Assembly: GCA_964016885.1 (NCBI GenBank)
Contig: OZ024765.1
Span: 15,872,001-15,936,000 of the forward strand
Direction of reading: 5' to 3'
DNA: 64,000 nucleotides
Source: Eledone cirrhosa
Lineage: Eukaryota
The number at the start of each line of letters is the position of its first letter. Position 1 is the stretch's first letter. Shown here in pieces: positions 14,466 through 28,786 of the stretch. The translations under genes and the position numbers were made by a program. A model generated the notes under the pieces. The model was not told the DNA's origin. It worked only from the letters and a program-made list of their open reading frames with translations, and did not search any database.

Positions 14466-17400
14466 GGTCCGAACGTGGAAGAGCCGAATTCCCACTGTCA
14501 TGCCTCAATCTCTCGCCCCCCTCACATCTCAAGTGCACTAGGTCCTAACACGGAAGAGCCGAGATCCCACTGTCATCGCCTCCATGTCTCGCCCTCCTCA
14601 CATCTCATGTGCACAAGGTACAAACACGGTAGAGCCGAGATCCCACTGTCATCGCCTCCATCTCTCGCCCTCCTCACATCTCATGTGCACCAGGTCCCAA
14701 CACGGAAGAGCCGAGATCCCACTGTCATCGCCTCCATCTCTCGCCCTCCTCACATCTCATGTGCACAAGGTACAAACACGGTAGAGCCGAGATCCCACTG
14801 TCATCGCCTCCATCTCTCGCCCTCTTTATCTCTCATGTGCACCAGGTCCGAACACGGTAGAGCCGAGATCCCACTGTCATCGCCTCCAACTCTCGCCCTC
14901 CTCATCTCTCATGCGCACTAGGTCCTAGCACGGAAGAGCCGAGATCCCACTGTCATCGCCTCCATCTCTCGCCCACCTCATCTCTCATGTGCACCAGGTC
15001 CGAACACGGAAGAGCCGAGATCCCACTGTCATCGCCTCCATCTCTCGCCCTCTTTATCTCTCATGTGCACCAGGTCCGAACACGGAAGAGCCGAGATCCC
15101 ACTGTCATCGCCTTCATCTCTCGCCCTCCTCATCTCTCATGTGCACCAGGTCCTAGCACGGAAGAGCCGAGATCCCACTGTCATCGCCTCCATCTCTCGC
15201 CCTCCTCACATCTCATATGCACCAGGTCCTAGCACGGAAGAGCCGAGATCCCACTGTCATCGCCTCCATATCTAGCCCTCCTCATCTCTCATGTGCACTA
15301 GGTCCGAACACGGAAGAGCCGAGATCCCACTGTCATCGCCGCCATCTCTCGCCCTCTTTATCTCTCATGTGCACCAGGTCCTAGCACGGAAGAGCCGAGA
15401 TTCCACTGTCATCGCCTCCATCTCTCGCCCTCCTCACATCTTATGTGCACCAGGTCCGAACACGGAAGAGCCGAGATCCCTCTGTCATCGCCTCACCTCC
15501 ATCTCTCGCCCTCCTCACATCTCATGTACACCAGGTCCAAACACGGAAGAGCCGAGATCCCACTGTCATCGCCTCCATCTCTCGCCCTCCTCACATGTCA
15601 TGTGCACCAGGTCCGAACACGGAAGAGCCGAGATCCCACTGTCATCGCCTCCATCTCTCGCCCTCCTCACATGTCATGTGCACCAGGTGCGAACACGGAA
15701 GAGCCGAGATCCCACTGTCATCGCCTCCATCTCTCGCCCTCCTCACATGTCATGTGCACCAGGTCCGAACACGGAAGAGCCGAGATCCCACTGTCATCGC
15801 CTCCATCTCTCGCCCTCCTCATCTCATGTTCACAAGCTCCGAACACGGAATAGCCGAGATCCCACTGTCATCGCCTTCATCTCTCGCCCTCCTCACATGT
15901 CATGTGCACCAGGTCCGAACACGGAAGAGCCGAGATCCCACTGTCATCGCCTCCATCTCTCGCCCTCCTCACATCTCAAGTGCACTAGGTCCTAACACGG
16001 AAGAGCCGAGATCCCACTGTCATCGCCTCCATGTCTCGCCCTCCTCACATCTCATGTGCACAAGGTACAAACACGGTAGAGCCGAGATCCCACTGTCATC
16101 GCCTCCATCTCTCGCCCTCCTCACATCTCATGTGCACCAGGTCCCAACACGGAAGAGCCGAGATCCCACTGTCATCGCCTCCATCTCTCGCCCTCCTCAC
16201 ATCTCATGTGCACAAGGTACAAACACGGTAGAGCCGAGATCCCACTGTCATCGCCTCCATCTCTCGCCCTCTTTATCTCTCATGTGCACCAGGTCCGAAC
16301 ACGGTAGAGCCGAGATCCCACTGTCATCGCCTCCAACTCTCGCCCTCCTCATCTCTCATGCGCACTAGGTCCTAGCACGGAAGAGCCGAGATCCCACTGT
16401 CATCGCCTCCATCTCTCGCCCACCTCATCTCTCATGTGCACCAGGTCCGAACACGGAAGAGCCGAGATCCCACTGTCATCGCCTCCATCTCTCGCCCTCT
16501 TTATCTCTCATGTGCACCAGGTCCGAACACGGAAGAGCCGAGATCCCACTGTCATCGCCTTCATCTCTCGCCCTCCTCATCTCTCATGTGCACCAGGTCC
16601 TAGCACGGAAGAGCCGAGATCCCACTGTCATCGCCTCCATCTCTCGCCCTCCTCACATCTCATATGCACCAGGTCCTAGCACGGAAGAGCCGAGATCCCA
16701 CTGTCATCGCCTCCATATCTAGCCCTCCTCATCTCTCATGTGCACTAGGTCCGAACACGGAAGAGCCGAGATCCCACTGTCATCGCCGCCATCTCTCGCC
16801 CTCTTTATCTCTCATGTGCACCAGGTCCTAGCACGGAAGAGCCGAGATTCCACTGTCATCGCCTCCATCTCTCGCCCTCCTCACATCTTATGTGCACCAG
16901 GTCCGAACACGGAAGAGCCGAGATCCCTCTGTCATCGCCTCACCTCCATCTCTCGCCCTCCTCACATCTCATGTACACCAGGTCCAAACACGGAAGAGCC
17001 GAGATCCCACTGTCATCGCCTCCATCTCTCGCCCTCCTCACATGTCATGTGCACCAGGTCCGAACACGGAAGAGCCGAGATCCCACTGTCATCGCCTCCA
17101 TCTCTCGCCCTCCTCACATGTCATGTGCACCAGGTGCGAACACGGAAGAGCCGAGATCCCACTGTCATCGCCTCCATCTCTCGCCCTCCTCACATGTCAT
17201 GTGCACCAGGTCCGAACACGGAAGAGCCGAGATCCCACTGTCATCGCCTCCATCTCTCGCCCTCCTCATCTCATGTTCACAAGCTCCGAACACGGAATAG
17301 CCGAGATCCCACTGTCATCGCCTTCATCTCTCGCCCTCCTCACATGTCATGTGCACCAGGTCCGAACACGGAAGAGCCGAGATCCCACTGTCATCGCCTC

Positions 17401-17640
17401 CATCTCTCGCCCTCCTCACATGTCATGTGCACCAGGTCCGAACACGGAAGAGCCGAGATCCCACTGTCATCGCCTCCATCTCTCGCCCTCCTCACATGTC
17501 ATGTGCACCAGGTCCGAACACGGAAGAGCCGAGATCCCACTGTCATCGCCTCCATCTCTCGCCCTCCTCATCTCATGTTCACAAGCTCCGAACACGGAAT
17601 AGCCGAGATCCCACTGTCATCGCCTCCATCTCTGTCGCCC
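14466..17640. repeat. 76-bp GC-rich satellite, about 42 monomers, with a 1447-bp higher-order repeat
   Basis: Monomer GGTCCGAACACGGAAGAGCCGAGATCCCACTGTCATCGCCTCCATCTCTCGCCCTCCTCACATCTCATGTGCACCA; matching ORF pairs offset by 1447 (14584/16031, 14987/16434, 15291/16738). Confidence 0.95.
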
Positions 17641-17659
17641 TCCCCATCTCTCCGTATGT

Positions 17660-18213
17660 TGAGCAAATGGGGTCCCACGTGCTGGTATCCCCCACAGCGC
17701 CGGTGGACAGAATGGAGAAGGTGTCTCCCCGGAGGATGGTAAGGGAGATGCGTTGTAAGAGCCATTCCATCACGCGACGCTTACACCTACGGCTGGCCAG
17801 CTCAGCGCCTATTGTGGTGAGTAGGGACATAGCCCTAGTGCCATGGACACCAGATGTCTCCACTGCTAAGAGTAGCCAGCTCAGCGCCATTGGTGGAATG
17901 TAGGGAGGTATCTCTAGGACCAAGGACACCAGAACTGTCCAATGCCAAGGGCATGGCAGCTCGTAGAGATAGATATATACTTCGGTTTCACATACCGACA
18001 CAGAAAGCAGCATTGTAAGGGACAATAAACTCCATAAATGAGAGGAAAAGGAGGGGAAGAGAAAGGGCTACTGGACAAAGGAAGAAAGAAAGGGAGAAGA
18101 GAAGAGCAGTGGCTCTTCCAGCGTATCTCCCTTACCATCCTCCGAGGAAACACCTTCTCCATTCTGTCCGCCGGGGTTGTGGGGAAGCCGGCGCGTGAGA
18201 CCCCATTTGCTCA
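17660..18213. mobile_element. MITE-like element with ~105-bp imperfect terminal inverted repeats
   Basis: 17660-17766 (TGAGCAAATGGGGTC..AAGAGCCA) is the imperfect reverse complement of 18108-18213; non-coding ~340-bp interior; no TSD recognised. Confidence 0.55.
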
Positions 18214-18819
18214 CTATACATTGCACCTGTCATGTGGTTCATATGATAATTTCACTTTCCCAATATTCACACTTACATATGCACACAATTATTATATTCA
18301 GAGAATGTCAAACTCTACATATTGGTCAGTGTGGTGACGCGGCTGCGCATTCTAAGGACCATGGCCAGTCACACACACTTCAATAGCTACCCCAGACAAC
18401 CTCACCTCACAGGGCTTCTTCCTGTGTATATATATGTATATATATGTATATATATGTATATATATGGTTGATATAGTATTTTGCGTATGGAGACAACACT
18501 GACAAATCAACAGATTACTGAATTTGACGAGATTTATAGCTGGTGGGGATAGGGTCTGTACATTTTAAATTACCTATTTAATTATTATGTATTCTCCACG
18601 CTTTCCTTAGACGTTAGGTCAAAATAAAAATAATAACCTAGTCACTGAGGGGGTCACAGAATGTGTGACGCAACAGCTTTGACAATATATAAACAAGCAT
18701 CCGGTTATCGAACCAACTAGAAATTTATAATTAATTGAAGTGAAATCCAAACAGGTGCGTGTGTTTTTATTGGCTGCACGACATTCCAAAGTAGAACAAT
18801 ATACATATACACACATACT

Positions 18820-18896
<77 letters not shown>

Positions 18897-18904
18897 ACAT
18901 ATAT

Positions 18905-18958
18905 CTCTTTTACTCATTTACCTGTCCCAGCCATCCGGCTGAGGTCATTCTAGGGCAC
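18905..18958 (-). mobile_element. CR1-type 3' tail fragment
   Basis: Reverse complement GTGCCCTAGAATGACCTCAGCCGGATGGCTGGGACAGGTAAATGAGTAAAAGAG matches 34548-34601. Confidence 0.75.
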
Positions 18959-19539
18959 ATAGTGATAGTATATATATATATATAGTTACAAAAATACATA
19001 CGTGACAAGTCTCCACAAAGCGTCCTTCTAAAATATTACACTTCAAATTAATGTTGACGATATATAAAGAAATGTTTATACAGGTAAATCTCCTGAGACG
19101 GATCCCATCCGGTAGAAAGTTTTTCAGATGTGAAATTCTTCAACACACAGCCACCTCTCATAACAGTTTTAAAATTTCATAGAAATATAAAATTAAGTAC
19201 ATAAGATTAGTTTTATTGAAATCAGAATCCATTTTCTCCTGAAAAATATTCTTTTTATTATATGTACATAGCAATTTTTTAAATATAAATATTCCGTAGT
19301 GAATCAAGTGCATGCTTCATTTTTATTATTGATCATTATTGATATTGTTGTTGTTGTTGCTGTTGTTGTGATTATTATCATTATCAGCATTAGTAGCATT
19401 AGTAGATATAGTGTTGGTAGCGGTGGTTGTAGTATTAGTATTTGTAATAGTGTTGTTAACGTTGGTGCTGTTTCTAATATATTTTTAATATTAGTATAAT
19501 TCTGGGCACTAGCACTAGCAGCAGTAGTAGCCGTAGTTT

Positions 19540-19577
<38 letters not shown>

Positions 19578-19983
19578 ATAATCCATTTAAATGGTTTAAT
19601 TTAGTTAGAATTTTTCATTTTCTTAGTAAAATTTTTCCTATATTTTTATGATGATATTTTTTCAAAAATCTCTCGAATTAAAAAATCTCTCTCTCGTATC
19701 TTCCACTTTCTTTCTCTCTATCAATCTGACTGTATTAGTGTATATATATGTATGTAACCGTATATATATATATACGTATGTGTGTGTGTGTGTGCGCGTG
19801 TGCGTATAAATATGTATATATTTGTGTATGTGTATAAATATGTATATATGCGTGTATGTGTATAAATATGTATATGTGTGTGTGTCTCATGTATATATGT
19901 ATATATGTGTGTATATATGTATATATCTATAAGTATAGTTGTGTAAATATGTATATATATATATATAATTATATGCATATATT

Positions 19984-20032
<49 letters not shown>

Positions 20033-20402
20033 GCATATATTTGTATATATATATATATATATGTATTTATCTAAGTAGGTTTGTATGTATATATATATAT
20101 ATTTATACATATATTTTTTTAATATGTGGAGGTATATGTATATATGCGTAGGTTTGTGTATATATTTATATGTGTAGGTATATATGAATATATATGTATA
20201 TATATATATATACATATATATATGCGTATGGTTAATTGATTGTGTATGTTTATGAGCATTTGTGTAGTTAGGTATGCATGTTTGTATATATATATATATA
20301 TATATATATATGATATATGATATATGTATGTAAATATATCTATACACATATCTACGTATTTATGTATGCCTGTATGCATGTATAAGTATCTATATAGGTG
20401 TG

Positions 20403-20450
<48 letters not shown>

Positions 20451-20654
20451 CCTATGTGGGTGTGTGCTTCCCACAGACGCTCTCTCTATCCCCCCCCCCT
20501 CCCCCCATCCGCCTCGCACACTTTATGACTTTCTAATGTAAAGAGAATTATTTTGAAATTTTATCCGAAATGTTTCCTTTTAAAGAGAAAATCCATTGCA
20601 AAAATTAAAGAAAAAAAAACAAAATATAAAGCTTGATACGTTTTTAAATAGCTT

Positions 20655-20703
<49 letters not shown>

Positions 20704-21031
20704 AACATATATATATATATATATATAAGAACATATATATATATATATATAAAAGTACATAAATATATATATATATATAAGAACATATATATATTTGTGC
20801 ATATTCATAGACACAACGCACATACAGTTAGGCGTATATATATATATAAACATATATATCTACGCTCAACTGAATGTGGGTGGTGTGTATATATTATATT
20901 GTAAGGAACCGTGTGTTTATGCATGAAACTGTTTCGAGTCATATGTGCATATTTATACAAATGATCAGACCATAGAGGTTGTGTGGTAGGTGTATATCAT
21001 GTTTTCTTTCATACAAACACATACACACACG

Positions 21032-21063
<32 letters not shown>

Positions 21064-21064
21064 C

Positions 21065-21100
<36 letters not shown>

Positions 21101-21101
<1 letters not shown>

Positions 21102-21189
21102 GGAAAAAGTATGACCCCGACGTCAGAGCTCAAGCCGTTTCGACGGCTATTTCTGGACTAATATGTGGTTCCTTACCACAATTCCTTCG

Positions 21190-21192
<3 letters not shown>
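21101..21192. mobile_element. Family A element, internally deleted copy
   Basis: One hairpin arm (GACCCCGACG..GAGCTCAAGCCGTTTCGACGGCTATTTCTGGACTAAT) joined to the family terminus TGGTTCCTTACCACA.TTCCTTCGTTA; (TA)n on both sides. Confidence 0.7.
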
Positions 21193-21234
<42 letters not shown>

Positions 21235-21279
21235 GTGACGAAACATAAGTCAATTGCATGAACTTATAGTCCTTTATTT

Positions 21280-21335
21280 ACTGCTATATATATTTCGACG
21301 ATAGCCATTGTATGGCTATGACCTCATCAAGCAGT
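21280..21335 (-). ncRNA. Type I hammerhead ribozyme motif, C3U variant
   Basis: Minus strand: ACTGC-TTGATGA-GGTC ATAGCCAT ACA ATGGCTAT CGTC-GAAA-TATATA-TA-GCAGT. Perfect 5-bp stem I, 8-bp stem II core, palindromic stem III. Confidence 0.7.
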
Positions 21336-21530
21336 TAGTCAGTTCTTAGATATTTTTATTCTCATTTTTATTGTCATTTTTAAATTAAAAACACATTTCT
21401 TAAACGAAAATCGCATTCCTGAATTCTACCACGTAGTGAATAGTCACTTGCAGTAGTTTAGATATTGTGTGTATATATATATGTGTGTGTGTGTGCGTAT
21501 TGATCTATATATCTATATCTATATATATAC

Positions 21531-21597
<67 letters not shown>

Positions 21598-21946
21598 TAT
21601 TGAAGTTTGCTTGAAGCATTGTGGAATAATAAGGTAAATTTCTTTAAGTCGTTTGGAAGCCTCGACAGTGCAGATGGGTAAATCTCCGGGTAGCAAGATC
21701 CGGTGGTGGAGAAAGAGATGTAAGTGGGTGTACGTTGAGATGCGTGGCGTGTATAAGACTCTAACGTGTAGAGGAATGAAGGAAAGAGCGTAAAGGATAA
21801 AAATAAAAATAACAACACGAGAAAGAGTTACCTTGGGAGAGATTAAATTGACCCTATATATTTCGGATTCACAGCCTACAACTGGGGGTTTTTCCGGGGG
21901 GGGGGGGGGGTTATAAATATACACGTACACATATACGAATATACAT

Positions 21947-22027
<81 letters not shown>

Positions 22028-22234
22028 TATATAGATAGATATATAGATAGATATATAGATAGATATATATATATATATATATATATAGATATATAGATAG
22101 ATATATAGATAGATATATAGATAGATATATATAGATAGATATATATATATATAGATAGATATATATATATATAGATAGATATATATATATATATAGATAT
22201 AGATATATAGATATATAGATAGATATATATATAT

Positions 22235-22279
<45 letters not shown>

Positions 22280-22370
22280 TATATATATATATATAGATAT
22301 ATATATATAGATATATATATATATATAGATATATATATATATATAGATATATATATATATATATATATAT

Positions 22371-22405
<35 letters not shown>

Positions 22406-22613
22406 TATAGATATATATATATATCTTATAGATATATCGATATATATACATGTATATATGTGTATATATATATATATATACATGTATATATAGATATATA
22501 TAGATATATACATATATATGAATATATATATAAATATACACATATATATGTATATATATATACATATATATATGCGTATATATCTGCATGCATGGGTATA
22601 GGTATTTATGTGC

Positions 22614-22658
<45 letters not shown>

Positions 22659-22913
22659 GGGGGATCTCCTTTTTTGTATTTTGAGTAGATTAGCCCTTTT
22701 CACCTACAATATACACGACCCTGTTTTATTCTACAGTGAGACCTGCAAAACATGACCTCCACCACCATCCTCACTAGCCTATCCCCTTCTCGTTGACCTC
22801 ACCCACAGATTCTCACACCCCGTCCTTACTTTTCACCCACAATTCAGTCCCATATATTTTTTTCATCTCTCTATTTATTCTCACTTACCCCTGTTTCTGT
22901 CCCTCTCAATTAT

Positions 22914-23003
<90 letters not shown>

Positions 23004-23338
23004 GCATCTATCTACCTGTCTCTCTCCCCATCTCTCTCTTTATATATATATGTGTTATATATACATATATGTATGTATGTGTATATATATATACATATAT
23101 ATATGTGTGTATGTATATATACATATATATATGTGTGTTTGTATATATACATATATATATGTATATATGTATGTATATGTTTATATATATACAGTTATGT
23201 GCACATTTATATTTATATATATGTATATACATATTATATATATGTGCATATATATATATATATATAGATATGTTTATATATATAAATGCATATATATATA
23301 GATATGTTTATATATATGCATATATAAATATATTTATT

Positions 23339-23388
<50 letters not shown>

Positions 23389-23429
23389 GGCATATATATA
23401 TATCCGTGTGTGTGTGTATATATACATAA

Positions 23430-23468
<39 letters not shown>

Positions 23469-23602
23469 TATTCACAGGCGCACATATATATATATATACA
23501 AATGAAGTACATGTGTGGTTAGAATATATGTTATATGTCTACATGTGTAATGTGTCTGTATATTTGTGTATATAAGTCTACATATGTAAATGTGTGTGTG
23601 GT

Positions 23603-23846
23603 GTGAGTCTATATATGTGTATGTACGTGTGGTGTGTGTCTATATATATTTATGTGTGTATGTGTGTCTATATATATACATATATGTGTGTGTATGTGAG
23701 TCTATATATGTGTATGCACGTGTGGCGTTTGTCTATATATATTTATGTGTGTATGTGTGTCTATATATATACATATATGTGTGTGTATGTGAGTCTATAT
23801 ATGTGTATGTACGTGTGGTGTGTGTCTCTATATATTTATGTGTGTA

Positions 23847-23899
<53 letters not shown>

Positions 23900-23915
23900 A
23901 TATGTGAGTCTATAT
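23603..23915. repeat. 93-bp tandem repeat (about 3.3 copies) built from TA/TG runs
   Basis: GTGAGTCTATATATGTGTATG recurs at 23603, 23696 and 23789. Confidence 0.8.
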
Positions 23916-24126
23916 ATGTATATATTCCGTTCCTCTCTCGTCATTCAACGACTTCTATTGATTTATAATTCTAGAAAGACTAAGGAGAGAAAAAAGAATC
24001 AAAGCCGCCGCTCTAGCAAATAGTGATGGTGGCCGTGAAATTTATGTCTTCCCGTTCAATGGACCTTTTTTCAAACTGTTCATCATCTGCTGAGTTACTT
24101 GGCTATCTTCCACCTATGTATATATC

Positions 24127-24166
<40 letters not shown>

Positions 24167-24167
24167 C

Positions 24168-24212
<45 letters not shown>

Positions 24213-24483
24213 TTGTATATATATATATTGATCGTTTCTGCAATTCAAGTGCTTCTGTAACTAAGGATTAGTGTATATATATATATATATATATATGTGA
24301 TTGTATGTGTGTGTGTGTATGTGCCTGTGTGTGTGTATATATGTGCGTGTGAGTTTATGTATGTGTGTGTATATATGTATGTGTGTGTGTATATATGTGT
24401 GTGTATATATATGTATGTGTGTGTGTGTGTGTGTGTGTATTTATGTGTGTGTATATATATATATGTGTGTGTATATATATATA

Positions 24484-24563
<80 letters not shown>

Positions 24564-24756
24564 AGTATATATAAATATATATATATATATATATGTGTGT
24601 GTACAATATGTGACAGTATTGGTAACGCCTTTTATATAGTACACTCCTGTGTGTGTGTGTGTGTGTCTCTCTCTGTGTATGTGCGTGAGTTCGCGACTAC
24701 GTGTGACTGTGTATGTGTGTGTGCGTGTAATATTAGGATGTTACACTAATATATAT

Positions 24757-25280
24757 GCTCAGATGGTGGATGGGTGCTACCCGAGTACGCTGAGGATGGG
24801 TCTGAACATTAATCAGTATACAGTGAGGATGAAGAACTCAGAGCTGTACAGGAGCCTCCCTAAAGTTAACTCGAGAGTAACACAGAGGAGACTGAGGTTA
24901 GCTGGACATGCGCACGGACATACAGAGTTGACACTGCACTCAGTGGTCCTGTGGTAGCCCCTGCATGGACCCATTGGAAGATGGAGAGTGAGGTTAGCTT
25001 GACATGCTCACGGACATCCAGAGTTGACACTGCACTGAGTGGTCCTGTGGTAGCCCCTGCATGGACCCATTGGAAGATGGAGAGTGAGGTTAGCTGGACA
25101 TGCTCATTGACATCCAGAGTTCACACTGCACTCAGTGGTCCTGTGGTAGCCCCTGCATGGACCCATTGGAAGATGGAGAGTGAGGTTAGCTGGACATGCT
25201 CATTGACATCCAGAGTTCACACTGCACTCAGTGCTCCTGCGGGAGCCCCTACACAGACACATTGGAAGACGGAGACCAGG
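24757..25280 (+). mobile_element. RTE-clade LINE 3' ORF remnant with an internal 96-bp tandem amplification (4 copies)
   Basis: Translation DGCY..LRMGLNI..KNSELYRSLPKV..RRLRLAGH..LW*PLHG is typical of the RTE ORF C-terminus; GAGGTTAGC at 24894, 24990, 25086 and 25182. Confidence 0.8.
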
Positions 25281-25423
25281 GATATATATATATACAACCA
25301 TATTTATTTTATTATATATATTTCAAGGGTACCAACATTAATTGGTACGCTTTCCTCAGATAAATATATATATATATATATATATATATTCCTCATATAA
25401 ATATATATATATATATATATATA

Positions 25424-25550
25424 AAGTTTGAAAGTAACACAGGGGAGACTGAGGTTAGCTGAACACGCTCATCGACATGCAGAATTGACACTGCACTCAG
25501 TGGTCCTGTGGGAGCCCCTACACGGTCACACTAGAAGATGGAGACTAAGG
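25424..25550 (+). mobile_element. Additional copy of the RTE fragment
   Basis: KVTQGRLRLAEHAHRHAELTLHSVVLWEPLHGHTRRWR; flanked by (TA)n. Confidence 0.75.
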
Positions 25551-26094
25551 ATATATATATATATATACAAATATAAATATAAATTAGCGAGAATCGTATT
25601 TCGGCTTTGGAATTAGCGAAAAACAACTTCCGAGATGTGTGGCAAGCGCTCAATAATTCTGTCGAACCAGAGCTACAACATACGTTAAAGGCCAAACACA
25701 CTGAGACGATGGTTAAACCGTCATCCACACAGCCATAGAAACGACCAAGTAATTCGGGTCAAACAAATAAAAAAATATGTGATTGAAAAAATTTACCCGG
25801 ACCCCCTGGATGATTGGTAAAATCCAGCATTTGGGTTTCTGCGACTCCTAAATCAAGTACTCTCTGCTTAGACAAATAATGTTAGGCTTCTGGTAAGACG
25901 ATTGAACAAGGAAGTCACTTTCTCAACAGGTTTTAGTTCAAGTGCCAGGCAAAGGAATGACCGTTACCGATATCCACGTGGTGCTCGACAAGGGAGGCAA
26001 CCCTTATTTTTGGCGGATGAAATTCAGTATGTGTATATTATTGCAAAAATGCAAGATATCACAAAATAAATTAATATATACATATATATATATA

Positions 26095-26354
26095 TAAAGT
26101 TTGAAAGTAGCACAGGGGAGACTGAGGTTAGCTGGACACGCTCACCGTCATTCTGAGTTGACACTGTGCACCTGTGGGAGCCCCTACACGGAAACACTAG
26201 AAGAGGGAGACCGATGTTGACATATCTTGATGCGCTAAGGACAGCCACTGGTTTCTTGGAGACGCAGGACATTGCAGAGATGATGAGGGACAGAGAACGC
26301 TGGAGAGATGTCGTCCATGGAACTCTGGAGATTTACCCGCCCTTAGATAGATAG
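26095..26354 (+). mobile_element. RTE-clade LINE 3' end
   Basis: RLRLAGH..LWEPLHGNTRRGRPMLTYLDALRTATG..MMRDRERWRDVV, followed by a (TAGA)n tail. Confidence 0.8.
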
Positions 26355-26854
26355 TTAGGCATCTATATGTATATGTACGTGACGTTGCTTTTTCTAGCCT
26401 ATTGTTGAACCACGTCTATGTACATATGCTGGCTCGCTTATTTTCTCCTGAACGCGTTCTACAGGATCTACGTTCCAAAGTATGGATGCTCCCGTATCTC
26501 CTAGAGGCAACGTAGGAATATCTTAGTGTCATGCGTTGATTGTAGAGCATTAGTAACCCTTGCTCAACCTTTAGGAGTATTAGTTGTAGATGTCATCGAG
26601 ATACGAGTGACATAATAACAGCAGAAATTAGAGATGAAATATACGTTTATTTTTTGATGTAGCACAAACAATGGTGTTGTACAGAGGCTGGTATCTGGCG
26701 TGTGATCAGTCGGCTTTCCAGTGGCTGTCTGTCTTTTCTCTCTGGCGTTCTCAACCGGCGTTGTTCTATCAAGGAGCGTGAGGCGTCTTACTACAAACCC
26801 ATCTCCTTTCCAGGGCTGAATACAACGGAGTTCTGACATAGAAGAGCAGAGAGG

Positions 26855-27275
26855 AGTGAGAGTTTAGAATGGAAGCGAGGAATTGATATAGTGGAAGAAT
26901 CGACCCCAGTACGTTACTGGTATTTTATATATATATCTAACTCTCCAGGTCCGGGCACATGTGATTTCTTCTAGAAAATGATAAAGAGTGAGGGAATGGA
27001 ATTTGGAAATGGATATAGGGGAAGAATCGACCCAAGTACTCTGCTGGTATTTTGTACATATAACTCTCCAGGTTTGGAGGCACGAGATTGCTTCCAGAGA
27101 AGGAGAGCGAGGGAAAGATTGGCAGTCGGAAATAGATATAGAGGGAGACTCGACCACAGTACTTTGCTGGTACTTTATATATCTAACTCCCTAACTCTGA
27201 ATACTGGAGATTTCTTACATAGAAGGACTGAACGTGAAAGTGATAATGGAAGTGGGAAATGGATTTAGAGGAAGT
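26855..27275. repeat. Degenerate ~125-bp tandem repeat (about 3.3 copies) containing a SINE-derived motif
   Basis: TCGACC..AGTAC....CTGGTA.TTT..TAACTC recurs near 26899, 27028 and 27150. Confidence 0.7.
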
Positions 27276-27298
27276 ATCTATATATATATATCTATGTA

Positions 27299-27340
<42 letters not shown>

Positions 27341-27421
27341 TATATGTATATGTGTAAGCATGTGTGTATATATATATTATATGTGTATATGTATATATAT
27401 GTATATATATATATAGGTAAG

Positions 27422-27466
<45 letters not shown>

Positions 27467-27471
27467 ATATG

Positions 27472-27530
<59 letters not shown>

Positions 27531-27618
27531 ATGTATATATATATGTATATATATGTATACATATATATGTATATATATCTACACACATATATATATATAT
27601 ATGTATATATATCTACAC

Positions 27619-27651
<33 letters not shown>

Positions 27652-27666
27652 GATGTATTTGTATAT

Positions 27667-27700
<34 letters not shown>

Positions 27701-28250
27701 GTATATATATGTACACACATATATATATGTATATATATATGTATATATATGTACACACATATATATATGTATATATATGTACACACATATATATATATAT
27801 ATATATATGTATATGTATGTACACACATATATATATATATATATACATGTATATGTATATATATGTATATCTATATGTGTATGTATATATGTATATACAT
27901 GTATATGTATATATATATATACGTGGATATATATATATATATATATATGCATTTATATATATATATATGTGTATGTATATATGTATATACATGTATATGT
28001 ATATATATATATACGTGGATACATACATATATATATATGCATTTATATATATATATATGTGTATGTATATATGTATATACATGTATATGTATATATATAT
28101 ATATACGTGGATATATATATATATGCATTTATATATATATATATATGTATATATATATACATGTATATGTATATACATATATATATATGTATATATATAT
28201 ACATGTATATGTATATATATGTATATCTATATGTGTATGTATATATGTAT

Positions 28251-28283
<33 letters not shown>

Positions 28284-28284
28284 C

Positions 28285-28371
<87 letters not shown>

Positions 28372-28786
28372 TTATATATATACTTGCACTCTCATTGCAC
28401 CAGCTCTACGATAATACTAATAATTAGTATTATCATATATATGTCATTCTTTATTTTTTTTTTTTATTCACGTTTGTTATCTCCCCTTTGTTGTTTGATG
28501 TATTTTCATAGTTTTGTTGTTTTTACGTTCGTACATTCACCATTATTTTCTTTAAAAGTTCTTGTCTTGTTTTACCCTGTCTTATCAACTTCTCCATTTG
28601 AAAATCTTTGTAAGATTCACAAGATTAATTCTAGAGCCGTTTATCATTCCTAAAATATTTACTCAATCAGACACCCAGCCACACACTGTCTCATACTTAC
28701 AGACACACAAACGAACACCTAGTCGCATAGACACGTATGGAAAAACAAACCTTCACTGTAACATATTTTACACACACACACACATA

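Noticed and set aside
14466-17640. 76-nt monomer that can be phased to end in CCA, resembling a tRNA array
   Set aside because: No acceptor stem, T-loop GTTC or A/B boxes, and the phasing is arbitrary. ORFs over the array change frame every monomer.
18641-18683. Degenerate hammerhead-like motifs here and at about 545-605, 30546-30574, 39570-39643, 21850-21900 and 41645-41690
   Set aside because: Each has core substitutions or a missing stem I or II. They are plausible decayed remnants but not supportable individually.
25587-26620. Possible coding remnants (ENRISALE.. on +; ASILWN..VERVQ on - near 26440-26500)
   Set aside because: Too short and degraded to assign without a homology search.
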